DNA from: Octopus sinensis
Lineage: Eukaryota
Reading direction: 5' to 3'
DNA: 64,000 nt
NCBI RefSeq assembly: GCF_006345805.1
Contig: NW_021832409.1
Coordinates: 1 to 64,000, forward strand
Shown here: one piece after another, positions 38,024-53,065 of the stretch
How the letters are laid out: the number at the start of each line of letters is the position of its first letter
How positions within the stretch are numbered: position 1 is the first letter of the stretch
The notes under the pieces: model-generated
The model's database searches: none
Told to the model about the DNA's origin: nothing
The model's input: the letters and a program-made list of their open reading frames with translations, nothing else
Program-made: the position numbers and the translations under genes

Positions 38024-38362
38024 TGTATGTATGTATGTATATGTTTGTGTTTGTGTGTGCGTGTGTGTGTGTGTGTGTTCTTATGTGTGTATTGTGGGGC
38101 TGTAAACGTGCAGGTATTTAAACAAGTACGATTGCTATAAAAATTTATCTATATATTTAGTGAGAATATAAGCAGATGGTTTTATATAAATACATGTAAA
38201 TCTATTTGCATAAACGTTGAAATCTGTATAAAACATTCATACATGTTACCGCACGCACCTACTCACCCACATAGACAGACACTCCCACAGACACATCAAT
38301 ATATATATAGATACGCATGTCTGCACACATATATATATGTACGTATATCTATCTATATATCT

Positions 38363-38408
<46 letters not shown>

Positions 38409-38518
38409 TAGATAGATGTATGTATATAGATAGATAGATAGATATGTCTACCTATGTATACATATGGTTGCTAAATTTATATATCTATCTATATATATAA
38501 TGTATATGTATATATATG

Positions 38519-38556
<38 letters not shown>

Positions 38557-39473
38557 TACCTATGTTTGCTAAATTTATATATCTATCTATCTATCTATCT
38601 GTGTGTATATATAAATATATATATATATATATTATGTGTGTTATGCAAACACACACTCAAACACACATACACATATATGCATATATACATTTATACATAT
38701 GCATATATAGATAAATATATGCATACATACGTATCTATATATATACATATATAGATATGCATATACAATAGGTAGATATATATATGTATGTATATGTGTG
38801 TTACATGTATGTATTTTCATATATACACAAGCATATATACTCATATATATATATATATATATAGATATCCATACATAAGTGACGCATACATCTATTGATG
38901 TAAAGGAATGCATGTGTACAGAGTATCGTAAAATAAAATATGGAAGCTCAAACGTGCATACAAGGGAAAACCAGTAAACGGATATAAGTCTGTTAGTGTA
39001 CATTTATTTCTATCGAGCAGCAAGCTTAACATTCTGATAATCCTATTAAGATAATCGGATTAATTATAGCTTGCTTTTAACAAATTTTTAAGATTTCTAG
39101 AAAATGGCGCTGTGAGAATGAAATTGTAATGTTTAATTGCTAGCACATATCCTTTAGTTATTTGGCGGGCTGATCTTACATGGATGACCCATGCCTCTAC
39201 ATAACATACGTACTCTCATGTGCATGCCTGCGCACAAACATACGGACAGACGCACACACACACATACACACTCAATTATGTATCTATGTCTACTCGTATG
39301 TACACACATGTAAGTTTGTTTCTCACATACATACATACGTATGCAAATACAGACGTATTTATAAGCATTTCTGTTTTATGTACAAAGGTATGGCAGAACT
39401 TGTGTATGCTGCGAATATATATATGCATACACCACACACACACACATATACATATGTATATATACATAGTATC

Positions 39474-39527
<54 letters not shown>

Positions 39528-39566
39528 CTCTCTCTTCTATCTATCTATCTATCTATCTATCTACTA

Positions 39567-39625
<59 letters not shown>

Positions 39626-39629
39626 GTGA

Positions 39630-39945
39630 TTGCGCATGGCTCAGTGGTTAAGCAACGAACTTACAACAGTGAGGTTGTGAGTTCGTATCCCAGAGCGGGC
39701 TGCGTGCTGTGTTCTTGAACAAGACACTTTATTTCACGTTGCTCCAGTTCCCTCAGCCGTAGAAATGAGTTGCGACGTCACTGGTGCCAAGCTGTATCGG
39801 CCTTTGCCTTTCCCTTGGCGTGGAGAGCGGAGGCTGGTATGCATGGGTTACTGCTGTTCTTCCATAAACAATCTTCCCCGGACTTGTGCCTGGGACAGTA
39901 ACCTTCTAGGTACAATCCCATAGTGATTCGTGACCGAAGCGGAAC
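39630..39945 (+). mobile_element. SINE family D (tRNA-like head)
   Basis: A box tggctcagtggttaag, B box gagttcgtatccc, then gtgttcttgaacaagacactttatttcacgttgctccagt; related copy at ~45215-45460. Confidence 0.7.
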
Positions 39946-40388
39946 TCCGATATACCGCTGCTATGTAAACGTTTGTTTTCGTTTTGCCGCAAAGGCATTT
40001 TTCAAATACGCCAGCCAAGATAAGTTAAAAATTGTCTAAAGTCGTAAGACGCCCGCTGTTTTTGTCCTGCTTACCTTCTTGTTTTTTATTTCTATTTTTT
40101 GTTTCTTGTATTTATGTTCGTGTGGCACCCTGTCTTTGTTTCGTATACATTCGATCCTCTTTCCAAGAAGTCTAATGCCTGTGGCTTAGTTTTTCATTGG
40201 GGCTGGCCGGTTCGGAGTGATATCGAAATTAAACAGCCGAAATTGCTAAGATGATCCGGTTCCGACAGAAGATTAGAGGCTTCGAGTGACCCGTCTGTTT
40301 TTTTTTTGTGTCGTCTCTTTGTGCGTTATTGCGTTCTTGTCCCACTTTGTAATTTATATTTTATATTTAATTTCTATACACACACACA

Positions 40389-40427
<39 letters not shown>

Positions 40428-41382
40428 ATAATATATCTATATATATATAATATATATATTATATATATATATACATATATATGTATAATATATATATTAT
40501 ATATAGAGAGAGAGAGAAGATAGGTGAAATAATACATACATACTTGCATGCATACTAACATACTAACATACATACAAACATACATACATACATACATACA
40601 TACATACATACATACATACATACATACATACATACATACACACATACATACATACAAACGTACATACATAGGCAGACAGACAAACAAACAGGCATATAGA
40701 TAGACCGAAAGTTGAGTATTTAAAGTTACAAAACCGCATAACTATTCTGCTCATTTCCCCTGTTGACAGTACCGAAAGAAAAATATCTGAGACCGTCCAT
40801 CGGAACAGGAAACCCAACTGCTACAAATATGGAAGCAAAGGTTATCTTAGCACACCCTGCCCAGAAGTTCTGGAAAATTCGTTAAAAGTGTATACTACGA
40901 ATGCTATGCTAGATATTTATCCGAAATTTGAAAAATCACAAGTTCGGGACAAAGTACTGTTACCGAGGATTTTTTCTTTCTCTTCTTTTTCTTTAAGTTT
41001 CTGACCCACATACTAAATGTATTCACAGAGACGTATTTGTACATCAGTTTCAAGAAATGCCAGACGACTAAATAGCCAGGCAATTGGTTAATGGGAGACT
41101 GCCCGAATCGCTAAAGCATTGGTCAAATTATCTTTGTTGTTACGCAAATTATCATTATTTGTCGTTACGCTTCTCGTTTTATTTTCAAACCCGGCCGAAA
41201 TCATTTGTGCTTTCATCCGCTTTGCTCGAGGACACAGAGTGCCATTCAAATAGTGTTTTCAATTCAATCGACTCAAACATTTTCCATATTTCCCAGGTCT
41301 TGTTCTCGCCTCCGTAACAGGGCAAATAAAACAGACTATTATTATTATTATTATTATTATTTTAATTATTTTTATTAGCATC

Positions 41383-41455
<73 letters not shown>

Positions 41456-41488
41456 CATCATAATCATCATCATAATCATCATCATCCC

Positions 41489-41530
<42 letters not shown>

Positions 41531-41539
41531 TATTATTAT

Positions 41540-42062
41540 TAGTGAGTGAGAGAGTAGCGCATGGCATCAAAGTGACGCTAGGATATAATATACTCATCAT
41601 GACTACCCATCTGATAAGTGTACACATGGCACATTCATTAACATAAGTGTGTGACATGGTGATCTTATATCAAGATGAACAGCGCATGACTTTTCAGGTG
41701 GAGACCCAGTTAGATTTTTTTTCGTGTCAATTAGCGCATCCCGCTCAAACATTCTTTCAATAAGGGTTGTTTAAGGATATTAAACAAGACACTCATGTTA
41801 CCAGAGGTGAATTATCTCCCCCCCCAAAAAAAAAATTCCTCTCAACACATAGCTATGATGCTCCCCCACTACATCTGCCCGTGATCAGAGATCCACATAT
41901 CATCAGCCACCATGGGACATGCTCAACTGATTAAAGTCAAGAAACTGAGAGGTAAATCTGTGGTATTGGGCAGAATATTTGCTGTAGCCCATCTTTTATA
42001 TTAAGACAAAACAATGTACATGATAAAACTTCCAATCATTTAAGATCAGAATCCATGAGACC
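41540..42062 (-). mobile_element. Unclassified ~520-bp interspersed repeat embedded in CAT/ATT microsatellite
   Basis: Homologous to 20064-20312; flanked by (ATT)n on both sides; no recognisable ORF. Confidence 0.6.
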
Positions 42063-42095
42063 CATTTATTATTATTATTATTCATATCATCATCA

Positions 42096-42146
<51 letters not shown>

Positions 42147-42266
42147 TATTATTATTATTGTTATTATTGTTATTGTTGTTGTTGTTGTTGGTATTATTAT
42201 TATTATTGTTATTATTATTATTATAATTATTATTATTATTATTATTACTACTACTACTACTACTAC

Positions 42267-42298
<32 letters not shown>

Positions 42299-42309
42299 TA
42301 TTATTATTA

Positions 42310-43030
42310 TTCAGTCGTTTTATTTTTATAGCGTGCTTTCACTTCAATACCGCGCGCAGCTCTGTGTGCCTTGGGTATGTGCTGTGATTTGTTGTGATGC
42401 TCTAATGGTTATTGTATGGAAAGTGTTCTGCGTAGGATTTGTGCAGTGCCTAGTAGTGCAAATTTCTGTATGTTATATGTGTTTGTAAGTCCTGGTATTT
42501 TTGTTATGTATTTGTCTGAATATTTTTTTATCATGCCTAATGCACCTACTATGATAGGGATTGTTTCTGTTTTTAGATTCCACATTCTGGTTACCTCTAT
42601 TTCCAGGTCTTTGTATTTTGAAAGTTTCTCCATTTCTTTTAGAGACACGTTGTTATCTGCCGGTATTGATACATCAATTCGAAAGCATTTTTTCTTCATG
42701 ATCTCTGACAACTATATCTGGTCTGTTGGCCTTAATTTCTCTATCTGTGTGTATTGGCATATCCCAGAGTATGGTTGCTTTCTCGTTTTCTGTGACCTTT
42801 TCTTGTGTGTGCCTATACCATCTTTTTTCTGTTGTTATTCCATAATGTTGGCATAGCTTCCAGTGTATGTAGGTTCCAACTCTGTCATGTCTGTGAATAT
42901 ATTCCTTCTTAGTCAGCACTGGGCAGCCAGAGATAATATGATTTATTGTTTCTTGTCCATCTCCACATATTCTGCAGTTACTTATTATATTTCTTTTCAT
43001 TACGTTTTTGGTAATTTTTGGTGAGGAGGC
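42310..43030 (-). mobile_element. R4/Dong-like non-LTR retrotransposon, 5'-truncated (CCHC plus PD-(D/E)xK RLE)
   Basis: ORFs 42674-43000 (CRICGDGQETINHIISGC..YIHRHDRV..ILWD..NRPDIV) and 42409-42711 (IDVSIP..EKLSKYKDL..PIIVGALG..ALLGTAQILRR); 3' end runs into (TAA)n. Confidence 0.92.
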
Positions 43031-43045
43031 TTTTATTACTATACT

Positions 43046-43305
<260 letters not shown>

Positions 43306-43390
43306 ACTATAAAAATAATGATAATAATAAAATAATAATAATAATAATAAAATAATAATAATAATAATAATAATAATATAATAATATAAA

Positions 43391-43424
<34 letters not shown>

Positions 43425-43459
43425 TAATATAATAATAATAATAATAATAAAAATAATAC

Positions 43460-43501
<42 letters not shown>

Positions 43502-43565
43502 TAATAATAATAATAATACTAATAATAAAAATAATAATAATAAAATAATAATAATAATAATAAAA

Positions 43566-43632
<67 letters not shown>

Positions 43633-43642
43633 TAATAATAAC

Positions 43643-43675
<33 letters not shown>

Positions 43676-43827
43676 TAATATAATAATAAATAATAATAAT
43701 ATAATAATAAAAAAATAATAATAATAATAATTAATAATAATAATAATCATAATAATATAATAATAAAAAAATAATAATAATAATAAATAATAATATAATA
43801 ATAATAATATATAATAATAATAATATA

Positions 43828-43883
<56 letters not shown>
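43306..43883. repeat. Degenerate (TAA)n/(TTA)n array with a strand switch near 43828
   Basis: Directly visible. Confidence 0.95.
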
Positions 43884-43884
<1 letters not shown>

Positions 43885-44200
43885 TTTATATGTTTGACTT
43901 TTGCTTTGTATTTGTACAAATTGGCTCCAAGTCTCAACCAGAGACCTCAAGAGACAACATATTAGAAGTTCCTGTCGGTATTATGCCTAGGATGCCATAT
44001 ATTTGGTTTTGTAAATAGTATTGTTCTGGAGAATGTTTAAGAAAACATAAGAAAATGCGTGTTTGTTTTAATATTTGAGATTATATAGACAGAATTTTAC
44101 GTAGGATATGGGCAGTTCCCATGAACACTATCTTTTGAATTTCTACCATTTTGGTGTTTCCTGGTATCAGAGCTAGGTAGCAATCAGCCCCTTTTGCTAT
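43884..44200 (-). mobile_element. R4/Dong-like 3' end fragment (third subfamily)
   Basis: Hand translation KGADCYLALIPGNTKMVEIQKIVFMGTAHILRKILSI*; UTR ends into (TAA)n. Confidence 0.75.
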
Positions 44201-44259
44201 TATTATTTTTGTTATTATTATCATGATTATTATTATTATCATTATTATTATTATTATTG

Positions 44260-44330
<71 letters not shown>

Positions 44331-44417
44331 TTATTATTATTGTTGTTGTTGTTGTTTATTATTACTATTATTATTATTATTATTATTATTTTACTATTAT
44401 TATTATTATATTATTAA

Positions 44418-44454
<37 letters not shown>

Positions 44455-45214
44455 ATCATCATTATTATTATTATTATTATTATTAGCAATTACATTTTAA
44501 TATCATTTTCCATTTTATATCTTTTAATATTTCCTTCCATTCTCTGCCCAGCTTTTTTACCTTGTTTGTGTTGTTCTTGTTCTTTTGTGTTGTTGTAAAT
44601 ATTTTTTATTGTTGTTATTGATATTAATTTTTTTCATTTATTATTTTTTCCTAATATTATTTGTATTAATATTCTAGAATTTATTGCTATTCTTCTCCTT
44701 TATCTATTTATTATTTTCGCCTCCTCTCCTCCTACCCTCCTCCTCCTCCTCTACTCTTCTAGATGTGACTCATGCGATGAAAAATAATTCAATTAAAAAA
44801 GAGACACGATATAATAACCGAGTATAATATAAAAAAATATACAAATGCTATTCCAGCTTTGCTATTCTCCATCGATAAATCGATATATTTATTTTGAAAT
44901 CCTTCATCTTTAACTCTTCCTTGTATCATCTATGTGATATTGTATGCTTAATATTTCGGGCATTGTAGATTTTTCAGAGATACTGTTGATAACATCGTGT
45001 TTTCTTCTTGTCTTATTGTTCATACATGCTTTGCATTCATTGCGTCAATGAAAGACATTGGTGAATATTCTGTGCCTGACATATCGCCCGTATTCCTATT
45101 TTATTTAGCGTAGCCTAAATTATATATGTATATGTGTATGTATGCATTGTGTGTGTGTGTACGTTTTGTGTATGTGTGTGTACGTTGTGTGTGTGTGTAT
45201 GCGTGCGTGTTTGG

Positions 45215-45460
45215 TGGTACGTGTCCTAATGGTTAGAGTGTTGCACTCACGAACATTAGATCGTGGTTTCGGTTCCGGAACAGGGCAGCTCACTGTGTAC
45301 TTGAGCAAAACATTTTATTCAACGTTACTCCAGCTCAATCTGCCGTAAATGGGTAGCCCTGCAGCGACGTTCCTTTCCGATCAGTCAGAAGTGCATCGTG
45401 ACCAGCGATGTAAAACATGATCGGATAGACTACTGGTCTGATCAATAAGTATCCGGATTG
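45215..45460 (+). mobile_element. SINE family D, degraded
   Basis: gtcctaatggttagag..ggtttcggttcc..tgtgtacttgagcaaaacattttatt. Confidence 0.55.
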
Positions 45461-45599
45461 TTACCATACACTCCTCTCCATATACTTTTTGGAACATTGA
45501 CAGTATAAGCTGGAAAGATAGGGTAACAATCACTTTTATTGGAAAACCTGAAAGTTCAAAGACACCGATTGTTGGAAATGAAATCCAAAAGTTATATTT

Positions 45600-46150
45600 T
45601 TAGAGATACGATTTGTCTTGTGTTATTGCCAAAGACAATCCTGACAGGAAGTGCCGATGGGCCGGGTGCAAACGGCTGCTAAAAAAAAATTGTGTACTGA
45701 TGACATCAAAGGATAGCCCGGAAACTAGAGCTTGGCTGATTGCATGTATGCTATACAACAGAGAGGGATGTGGTGAATCATGGAATATCGACTCCCGAAT
45801 ACTGAAGGAAACCTGGCTGATATAAAACAAGTTGCCATTAAATTAAATGTTCATTCAAGAGTGCATGTATATTAGAGTACATTCAACAGTTTATTAGAGT
45901 ACATGTTAAGTTTTGCAAAGGAAGTGTTGACAGTGTTTTCCAAGTCTAGGATGCCGCAAAAGATATTACTTAGAAGCCTCTCCCATTCTTTCGCTAAATG
46001 TTTTAGTACCTATGAAGCATGGTTTTCGGAAAAAGAAACAAAAAAGAAACAAAAAGGTTCGTATGTAAGTCTTTTCAAACTTGATCTTGCGGAACATCCA
46101 GGGTTTCCCAGATGAGAGGACATAACTGCACCAAAACTGACGCTCTATTC
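45600..46150 (+). mobile_element. Highly degraded CR1-group LINE 3' remnant
   Basis: Weak similarity by eye to the C-terminal region of the 10590-13155 element (LYN/RE.. and FKLDL..QG.PDE). Confidence 0.4.
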
Positions 46151-46929
46151 AATTGCCCAGATTGAGGCAACGGGAAATGGAATAACTGGAAGTAGAAAGG
46201 CACAGTCTTGTTGGCAACTGCGTCACACTGATACTGCACGAAGATTAAGTTCCGAATACCCGAGTGGATAGAATAATCAGCCACTTGTACATTATTTCAC
46301 GGATAGAAAATTCAGTTAATGGAAGAACTCGATATTCAACCGTGGGACGAGCGAAGACGATCAACATCACCATTGCCACAATTCTCCCGCTTATAGCAAA
46401 AAGCAAGAACCGAATGCCAAACCGTCCAAGGCGGAAATTTCATTTATTTGATACCTGCGCAATCAAGGAAGACTTTTATATAAACAACGACAACAACAAC
46501 AACAAGTGGTTTAGTACTTTATATCATTTAATGGTTGTTTCAAGTTTTTTGTTGAATGTACGAGTTTCTTTGTTGGTGTTTGTCTACAACTGGACATTTT
46601 TTGCTCCGAGGTGTAAAATTATATTTATAGATTGAAATGTTTGTTTTACTTCGAAATGAGTAATTTTCTTGTTTTCATTTCAGCAGTCACGTGTTTCAAG
46701 TTCCTGCTGCTGTTGCTGGTTGTTAGTGGTGGTGGTGGTTGTTAGTGGTGGTGGTTGTTAGTGGTGGTGGTGGTGGTGGTTGTGGTGGTGGTGGTTGTTA
46801 GTGGTGGCACTTCTTCAGCAACGAAAACGACTAAAAACGAAAACAACGGATATACGTAACTGAGTAAACTTGTGATTGGGCTGCATAAGTAGAATATGTA
46901 TTCAATAAGACATGGAAAAGAGAGATGCG

Positions 46930-46961
<32 letters not shown>

Positions 46962-47310
46962 GGGAGAGAGAGGGAGAGACAAAAGTGATGGATGGGGAGA
47001 AAATGGGTAAAAGAGGGAGATGGACAGGTAGACAGACACACAGTCAGACAAACATACAAACAGGAAGATGGAGAAATAGATTGATAGAAAAGTAGAAAGC
47101 TTGTTTGATTGATCGAGTGATTGATGGAATGGTTGATTAACAGACATATGCATATGTATATATATATACGTATATATGTATATATATATATATGTGTATG
47201 TATGTATGTATGTATGTATGTATATATATATATATATAAATGTATGTATGCATGTATGTATGTATAGATAGATAATAGAGAGGGGAGTGGATGGATAAAT
47301 AAATAGATTG

Positions 47311-47372
<62 letters not shown>

Positions 47373-47879
47373 GGTGATATATTTATGTGTGTGTGTGTGT
47401 GTGTGTGTTGTACCGAACAGAGAGAGTTTGAGAGGAGAAATGTACTTTTTGAAAGAATTATCAACATTAATGCGGGTACACGCATTTAAGCAATGTCACG
47501 TGCCATATTAGTTGCGATGTAGAGACAAGTTTCTGTTCAATTGATAAAGCAACGATGTCGCTTTAACCCCCACCGTCTTACTTACCAACGCATTTTAAAA
47601 TTTCCTTCGCAACCTTTCTCTTCCATCCCGTATTTATTTATTTATTTACTTATTTATTTCCTTTATTTATTTATTTCCTTTATATTATTTCTCGGTTTTT
47701 ATTCGCTTTTTTACGATCCTTATACAATGTTCATGCCGATCGCCATTTTATAATTTTATTCCTATTGACTCTCGTTCTTTCATTGAAGTATTTTCGTTTT
47801 CCCTTCATTTTGTTTCTACATTTTTATATTTTTGCTATCATTTGTCTTTTTTTCTTTTTGCTTGTTCGTTTTATTTCTT

Positions 47880-48870
47880 TCAGTCATTAGCTGCGACCAT
47901 GTTTGGGCACCCACCACCTTGAATTATATTTATAGATTGAAATTACTCCCGCTACGTAAACCTCGGATACGTATTGCATTGGACTCTTTCGTCGAACTGC
48001 TAATTGACGGTGACATAAACAAAGCAACAACGGTTGTCGAGTTTGAGGGAGAACAAACACAAACTCAAAGACACACGCACACACTCACACTCACACAATC
48101 ACACACACAGATATGTATACAGTGGGCTTCCACGCAGTTTCTTCCTATCAAATTTACTCACAATGCATTACTCAGCCCAGAGATAGGGCAGAGGTTATTC
48201 GCTCCAGAGTGGAGGCACATGGCCTAGTGGTTCTCTCACTCTTTCCTCATGCATCTTGCAGCTCACCAGTGACGGACCGACGTTCCATCCAGGTGGCGAA
48301 CCTATACGTCAAGGAAACCGGGAAACCGGCCCTTATAAGCCACGCATGGCTCGAGAAGGAACAAACAATTTGCCCCAGATGCCACGCGCTAGAACTGAAC
48401 CCCAAATCACATGGTTGCAAGGCAAGCTTCTTAGCTCCACGGTGATACAAGCGCCTATATAAAATTATTTTAGGGCAGCGAGCTGGCAGAAACATTAGCA
48501 CGCCGGACAAAATGCTTAGCGGCATTTTGTCTGTCTTTACGTTCTGAGTTCAAATTCTGCCGAGGTCGACTTTGGCTTTCATCCTGTCGGGGTCGATAAA
48601 TTAAGTACCACTTGCGTTCTGGGGTCGATCTAACCGACTGACCCCCTCCCCCAAAATTTCGGGCCTTGTGCCTATAGTAGAAAAGTAAATTTTTTTAAGG
48701 CGGAGAGCTGGCAGAAACGTGAGCACGCCGGGTGAAATGCTTAGCGGTATTTTGTCTGGCGTTACGTTCTGAGTTCAAATTTCGCCAAGGTCGAATTTGC
48801 CTTTCATCCTATCACAGTCGATTAAATGAGTACAAGTTACGCACTGAGGTTGATGTAACCGACTTAATCC
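47880..48870. mobile_element. Nested SINE cluster (family A minus strand, tRNA-headed fragment, two family C copies at 48473-48685 and 48699-48870)
   Basis: Recognisable family cores. Confidence 0.7.
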
Positions 48871-49213
48871 ATATGAGCGTGTCCACACACCCTCATATAG
48901 AACTGTATACTTGCGCATACCACCCCTTCCTACCTCCCCTCCAACACCCTGACCGTTTTCTTGTCTATCATGCGGTCGATTTCCTGTCTACCACGTGGTA
49001 GTTCAACATGGAGTGTTTACCAACTAACTGTCGTCACTGATATACAGTTATAACAAAAAACCACGAAAGCATGTGACCTTCGCCGTCCAATCGCAGCCCA
49101 CCTTATGGTAATAACTATCAATTTCTTTCATTCAAATTCAAAATGGCTGAAGATTAGAGTCACGCCTGAAACCCTTTGAGTACCAACGAATTTGAATCAA
49201 ACACTTTTGATCC

Positions 49214-49256
<43 letters not shown>

Positions 49257-49554
49257 ACACGCACACTTAAATATATATACATGCGACAGGCTTCTTTCAG
49301 TTTCCGTCAATCAAATTCATCCTAAAAGGTTTGGCATTCTCGAGGCTATAGTAGAAGGCACTTGCTCGTGTTGTGGTGGCAGGTAGTGGGGCTGAACCTG
49401 GAATTATGCTCCGTTATTTCCTTAAACATTAGTCGACTCTTATTCAATGTTCTTTCCTGTATGTCCTCACAGTTTGCGATTTCGAAATCTTTGCTCTTGT
49501 CCACGACGCTGTTGACGATGAGTTTGTTGCTGCTGATGATGCGGTTTGTTGTGC

Positions 49555-49981
49555 TAACGATGACGACGATGATGATAACAATGATGATGATAATGATGAT
49601 GATGGTGATGGTGTTCATGACGACGACAACGACGATGACGACGACGACGACGACAACGACGATGACAACGACGACGATGACGACAATGATGATGATAATG
49701 ATTACGATAATGATGATGATGACGATGATGTTCATGATGACGACGACGACAACAACGATGACGACGATGATGATGATAATGATTACGATAATGATGATGA
49801 TGATGATGATGTTCATGACGACGACGACGACAACGATGACGACGATGATGAAGATAATGATTACGATAATGATGATGATGATGATGATGATGTTCATGAC
49901 GATGACGTCGACAACGATGACGACGATAACGATGACGACGATGATGATGATGATGATGATGATGACGACAACGACAATGAC

Positions 49982-50017
<36 letters not shown>

Positions 50018-50200
50018 AATGATTACGATAATAATGATGATGATAGTAATAGTAGTAGTAAGTAGGAAGAGGCAGTGGTAGTGGTGGTGGTGGTGGTGGT
50101 GGGTGGCGGTGGTGTTGGTGGTGGTTGTAGCAGTAGCAATGATGATGATGATGCTGATGCTAATGATGATGCTGATACTAATGATGATGATGATATCAGG
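49555..50200. repeat. (GAT/GAC)n array with higher-order units
   Basis: Unit gttcatgacgacg...gataatgattacgataatgatg recurs about 4 times. Confidence 0.9.
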
Positions 50201-50660
50201 GACGATAACACGACAACACCACCGCCATGGTAAGGATGAAGAGGAAACGTCAGGAGGAAGCGGAGGAAGCGGAGGAGGAGGGGGGAGAAGTACTGCTTGA
50301 CGAAGATGAGGATGAAGATGCTGATCGCTACCAACGGTTAACGTTAATGTTTATATTATTGTAGTTTAATTTTTTTTCCCATTGGTTTCATAAAAATTTC
50401 TAAACATATATGCAAATTTTCCAGCTTTTGTCATTTAATAAAAAAAAATGTAATAATGTACAAACAACAAAACAATAAATATAAGAAAAATAAATAAATA
50501 AACAAGCCAGTATACGAACAAAATATATAAACAAAAAAAGGTAAAACATGGAATATAAATTAAAAAATAGTTTGGTTTTACGAAATACTCCATTCAATAA
50601 AATAAATTTAAATCTCCCCCCTCGCCCACATGAGAAATTTAATAAAAATACGAACTGATG

Positions 50661-50697
<37 letters not shown>

Positions 50698-50723
50698 TAA
50701 TACAGCACAAGCTGTTATGTATA

Positions 50724-50759
<36 letters not shown>

Positions 50760-50792
50760 CATCAATATACATATATCTAGTTACATATATGT

Positions 50793-50829
<37 letters not shown>

Positions 50830-50937
50830 ATGTGTCTGTGTTATATATATGTATATATATGTATAAATATGTATATACATATATATATATATATATGTAT
50901 ATATATGTATATATATATGTATATATATATATATATA

Positions 50938-50985
<48 letters not shown>

Positions 50986-51631
50986 ATATTATATATATAT
51001 ATATATGTATGTATGTATATATATGCCATACTTATACAGGAAAGATCAATAAAGAAATGCATAATATAAAAAGGCAAATTTTAAAACTGAAAACATTAAA
51101 ACAATATATACACAGAGAAGCACTCTTGTTAGAAACGCTGCTTTCTGCGGCCATATTTTATTCTACTTTATTTTATTTTCTGCTGTTTTATTCTATATTA
51201 TTTGATTTCATTCATTCTTTCTTTCTTTCTTACTTTTTTCCCTTCTGTTTTTGTCTTCGGTGCTCTTAGAGAAAGGGAAACGGATAAGATAGAAATATTC
51301 TCTTATAAGGCAAGACAAGTATCGGTAGGGTGAGAAGTGGCTGGGTAAGTAGGTAGGGGTGTGTTCTTGAGAAAATGGCGTCATTCTGGACAGTTCCTTT
51401 AAGTCTTTTAATTAAATATTTCATTGTCAAACTTCCAAACCCACCCTGATCATGGCACACACTGTCGGCTCCGCACTAATATATCCAACGTCACCATTCT
51501 ACACGCATTTTTATAATTTATTTATTTATTTGTTCATTTATTTTAATTTTGGATCTTTTTTTTTTTTACTTTTATACTATTGTCATTTATATATATCAAT
51601 TTTATTTTATGTCTGCAACCACCACCACCAA

Positions 51632-51698
<67 letters not shown>

Positions 51699-51802
51699 GC
51701 CACCACTACAACAGCAACTACTACTACCAGCGCCACCACCACTACTACTACTATTGCTGCCGTTGCAGCTGCGGCTGCTGCTACTAATATTTCAACTACT
51801 AT

Positions 51803-51833
<31 letters not shown>

Positions 51834-52220
51834 GCTACGACGACGACGACGACGATGACGACTACTACTACTATTGCTGCTGCTACTACTGCTGCGGCTA
51901 TAAACAGAAGGCCACGCGCCACCACTTCCTACATGTTACCACCATTAACGCCAACTCAATTAAATAACAAGAGTAACTGCCACAACTACAATCATGAACA
52001 ACACTAACAACAACAACATCAACAATATTGTTATCACAATGAGAGCCACCAGCACTACCACTACTAATACTATCACCGACACCACCACCCTTACGGAAGC
52101 AACCAACACCACGATGACAAACAACAATATCAAAGGACACGACAGCAACAGTAGCGACAACATTAATAATTCCAACATTACACCTCCAGCCTCTGATGCT
52201 ATACTCATTCACTGTAACCG

Positions 52221-52269
<49 letters not shown>

Positions 52270-52275
52270 GAAATA

Positions 52276-52840
52276 TTGGGCTGTCCGGAAAGTTCGCGCC
52301 GATTTTTAAAGGAAAGAAATAAGGTCAATAAATACTTGCCATTACATTTTTAATCAACCAAATATGAACTATTTTGTTGCACGATGCGTCTCCATCTTTC
52401 CTTTAACTTAACAATGCCCTCTTCGCAGAGTTGAGGTGGTTTCATGGCAAATAATTCATCAAGGTATCTTTTTACGTCATCCAAGGAATTGAAATTTTTA
52501 CCATTAAGACTATTCGGCAGAGACCTGAATAAGTTGAAATCCGAAGGAGCAATATCTGGTGAATATGGAGGGTACGGTAACACATCCCAGCCGAGCTGCA
52601 GCAATTTTTGTCTGATTCCCAAATCATCAAGAGCCGAAAATGAACATTTTTATCTTCCATTTTAAAGGGTTACAGAATTAACACAGATTATAGGAACTTA
52701 AACCTTCTTCCACGAAAAGATAGCTTAAACTGCTCTAAATGGAGGTGTAGTCAAATCCTATTTCATGGACTCAACCATGTTCTAAAATATGTTGAAAGGT
52801 AAGCTACTATAAATCGGCATGAACTTTCCGGACAACCCAA
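52276..52840 (-). mobile_element. Mariner element with large internal deletion (565 bp)
   Basis: 30-bp TIRs ttgggctgtccggaaagttcgcgccgattt / aaatcggcatgaactttccggacaacccaa with TA TSD; N-terminal MEDKNVHFR fused to C-terminal WDVLPYPPYSPDIAPSDFNLFRSL. Confidence 0.92.
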
Positions 52841-53065
52841 TACTTTTGCTGTTTTCTAAATACCGAGGCTTTTCTATGTGGTTGCTTGCTTTGCTAGAAA
52901 TAACAATGAATTTTATGAACTTATAAGTTACAGATACTTTGCACTGAGGCCATGGCCTAAACGACTTTGATCTTAGGTTTAAGGAGCTTGGAGTGAATAC
53001 ACCGACTACAGCTACAATGCTTCTACTTTACAACAGTAACAACAACAACAACAATAACAATAATA

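Noticed and set aside
39630-39705. tRNA gene (also the heads at ~5145, 7565, 45220 and 48215)
   Set aside because: A/B boxes are present but there is no complete cloverleaf, and they continue into SINE bodies.
45690-45735. CTGATGA...GAAA hammerhead candidate (also CTGATGA at ~12651 and ~21563, CTGAGGA at ~24380)
   Set aside because: No consistent stems I-III or UH site; lies in LINE or low-complexity sequence.
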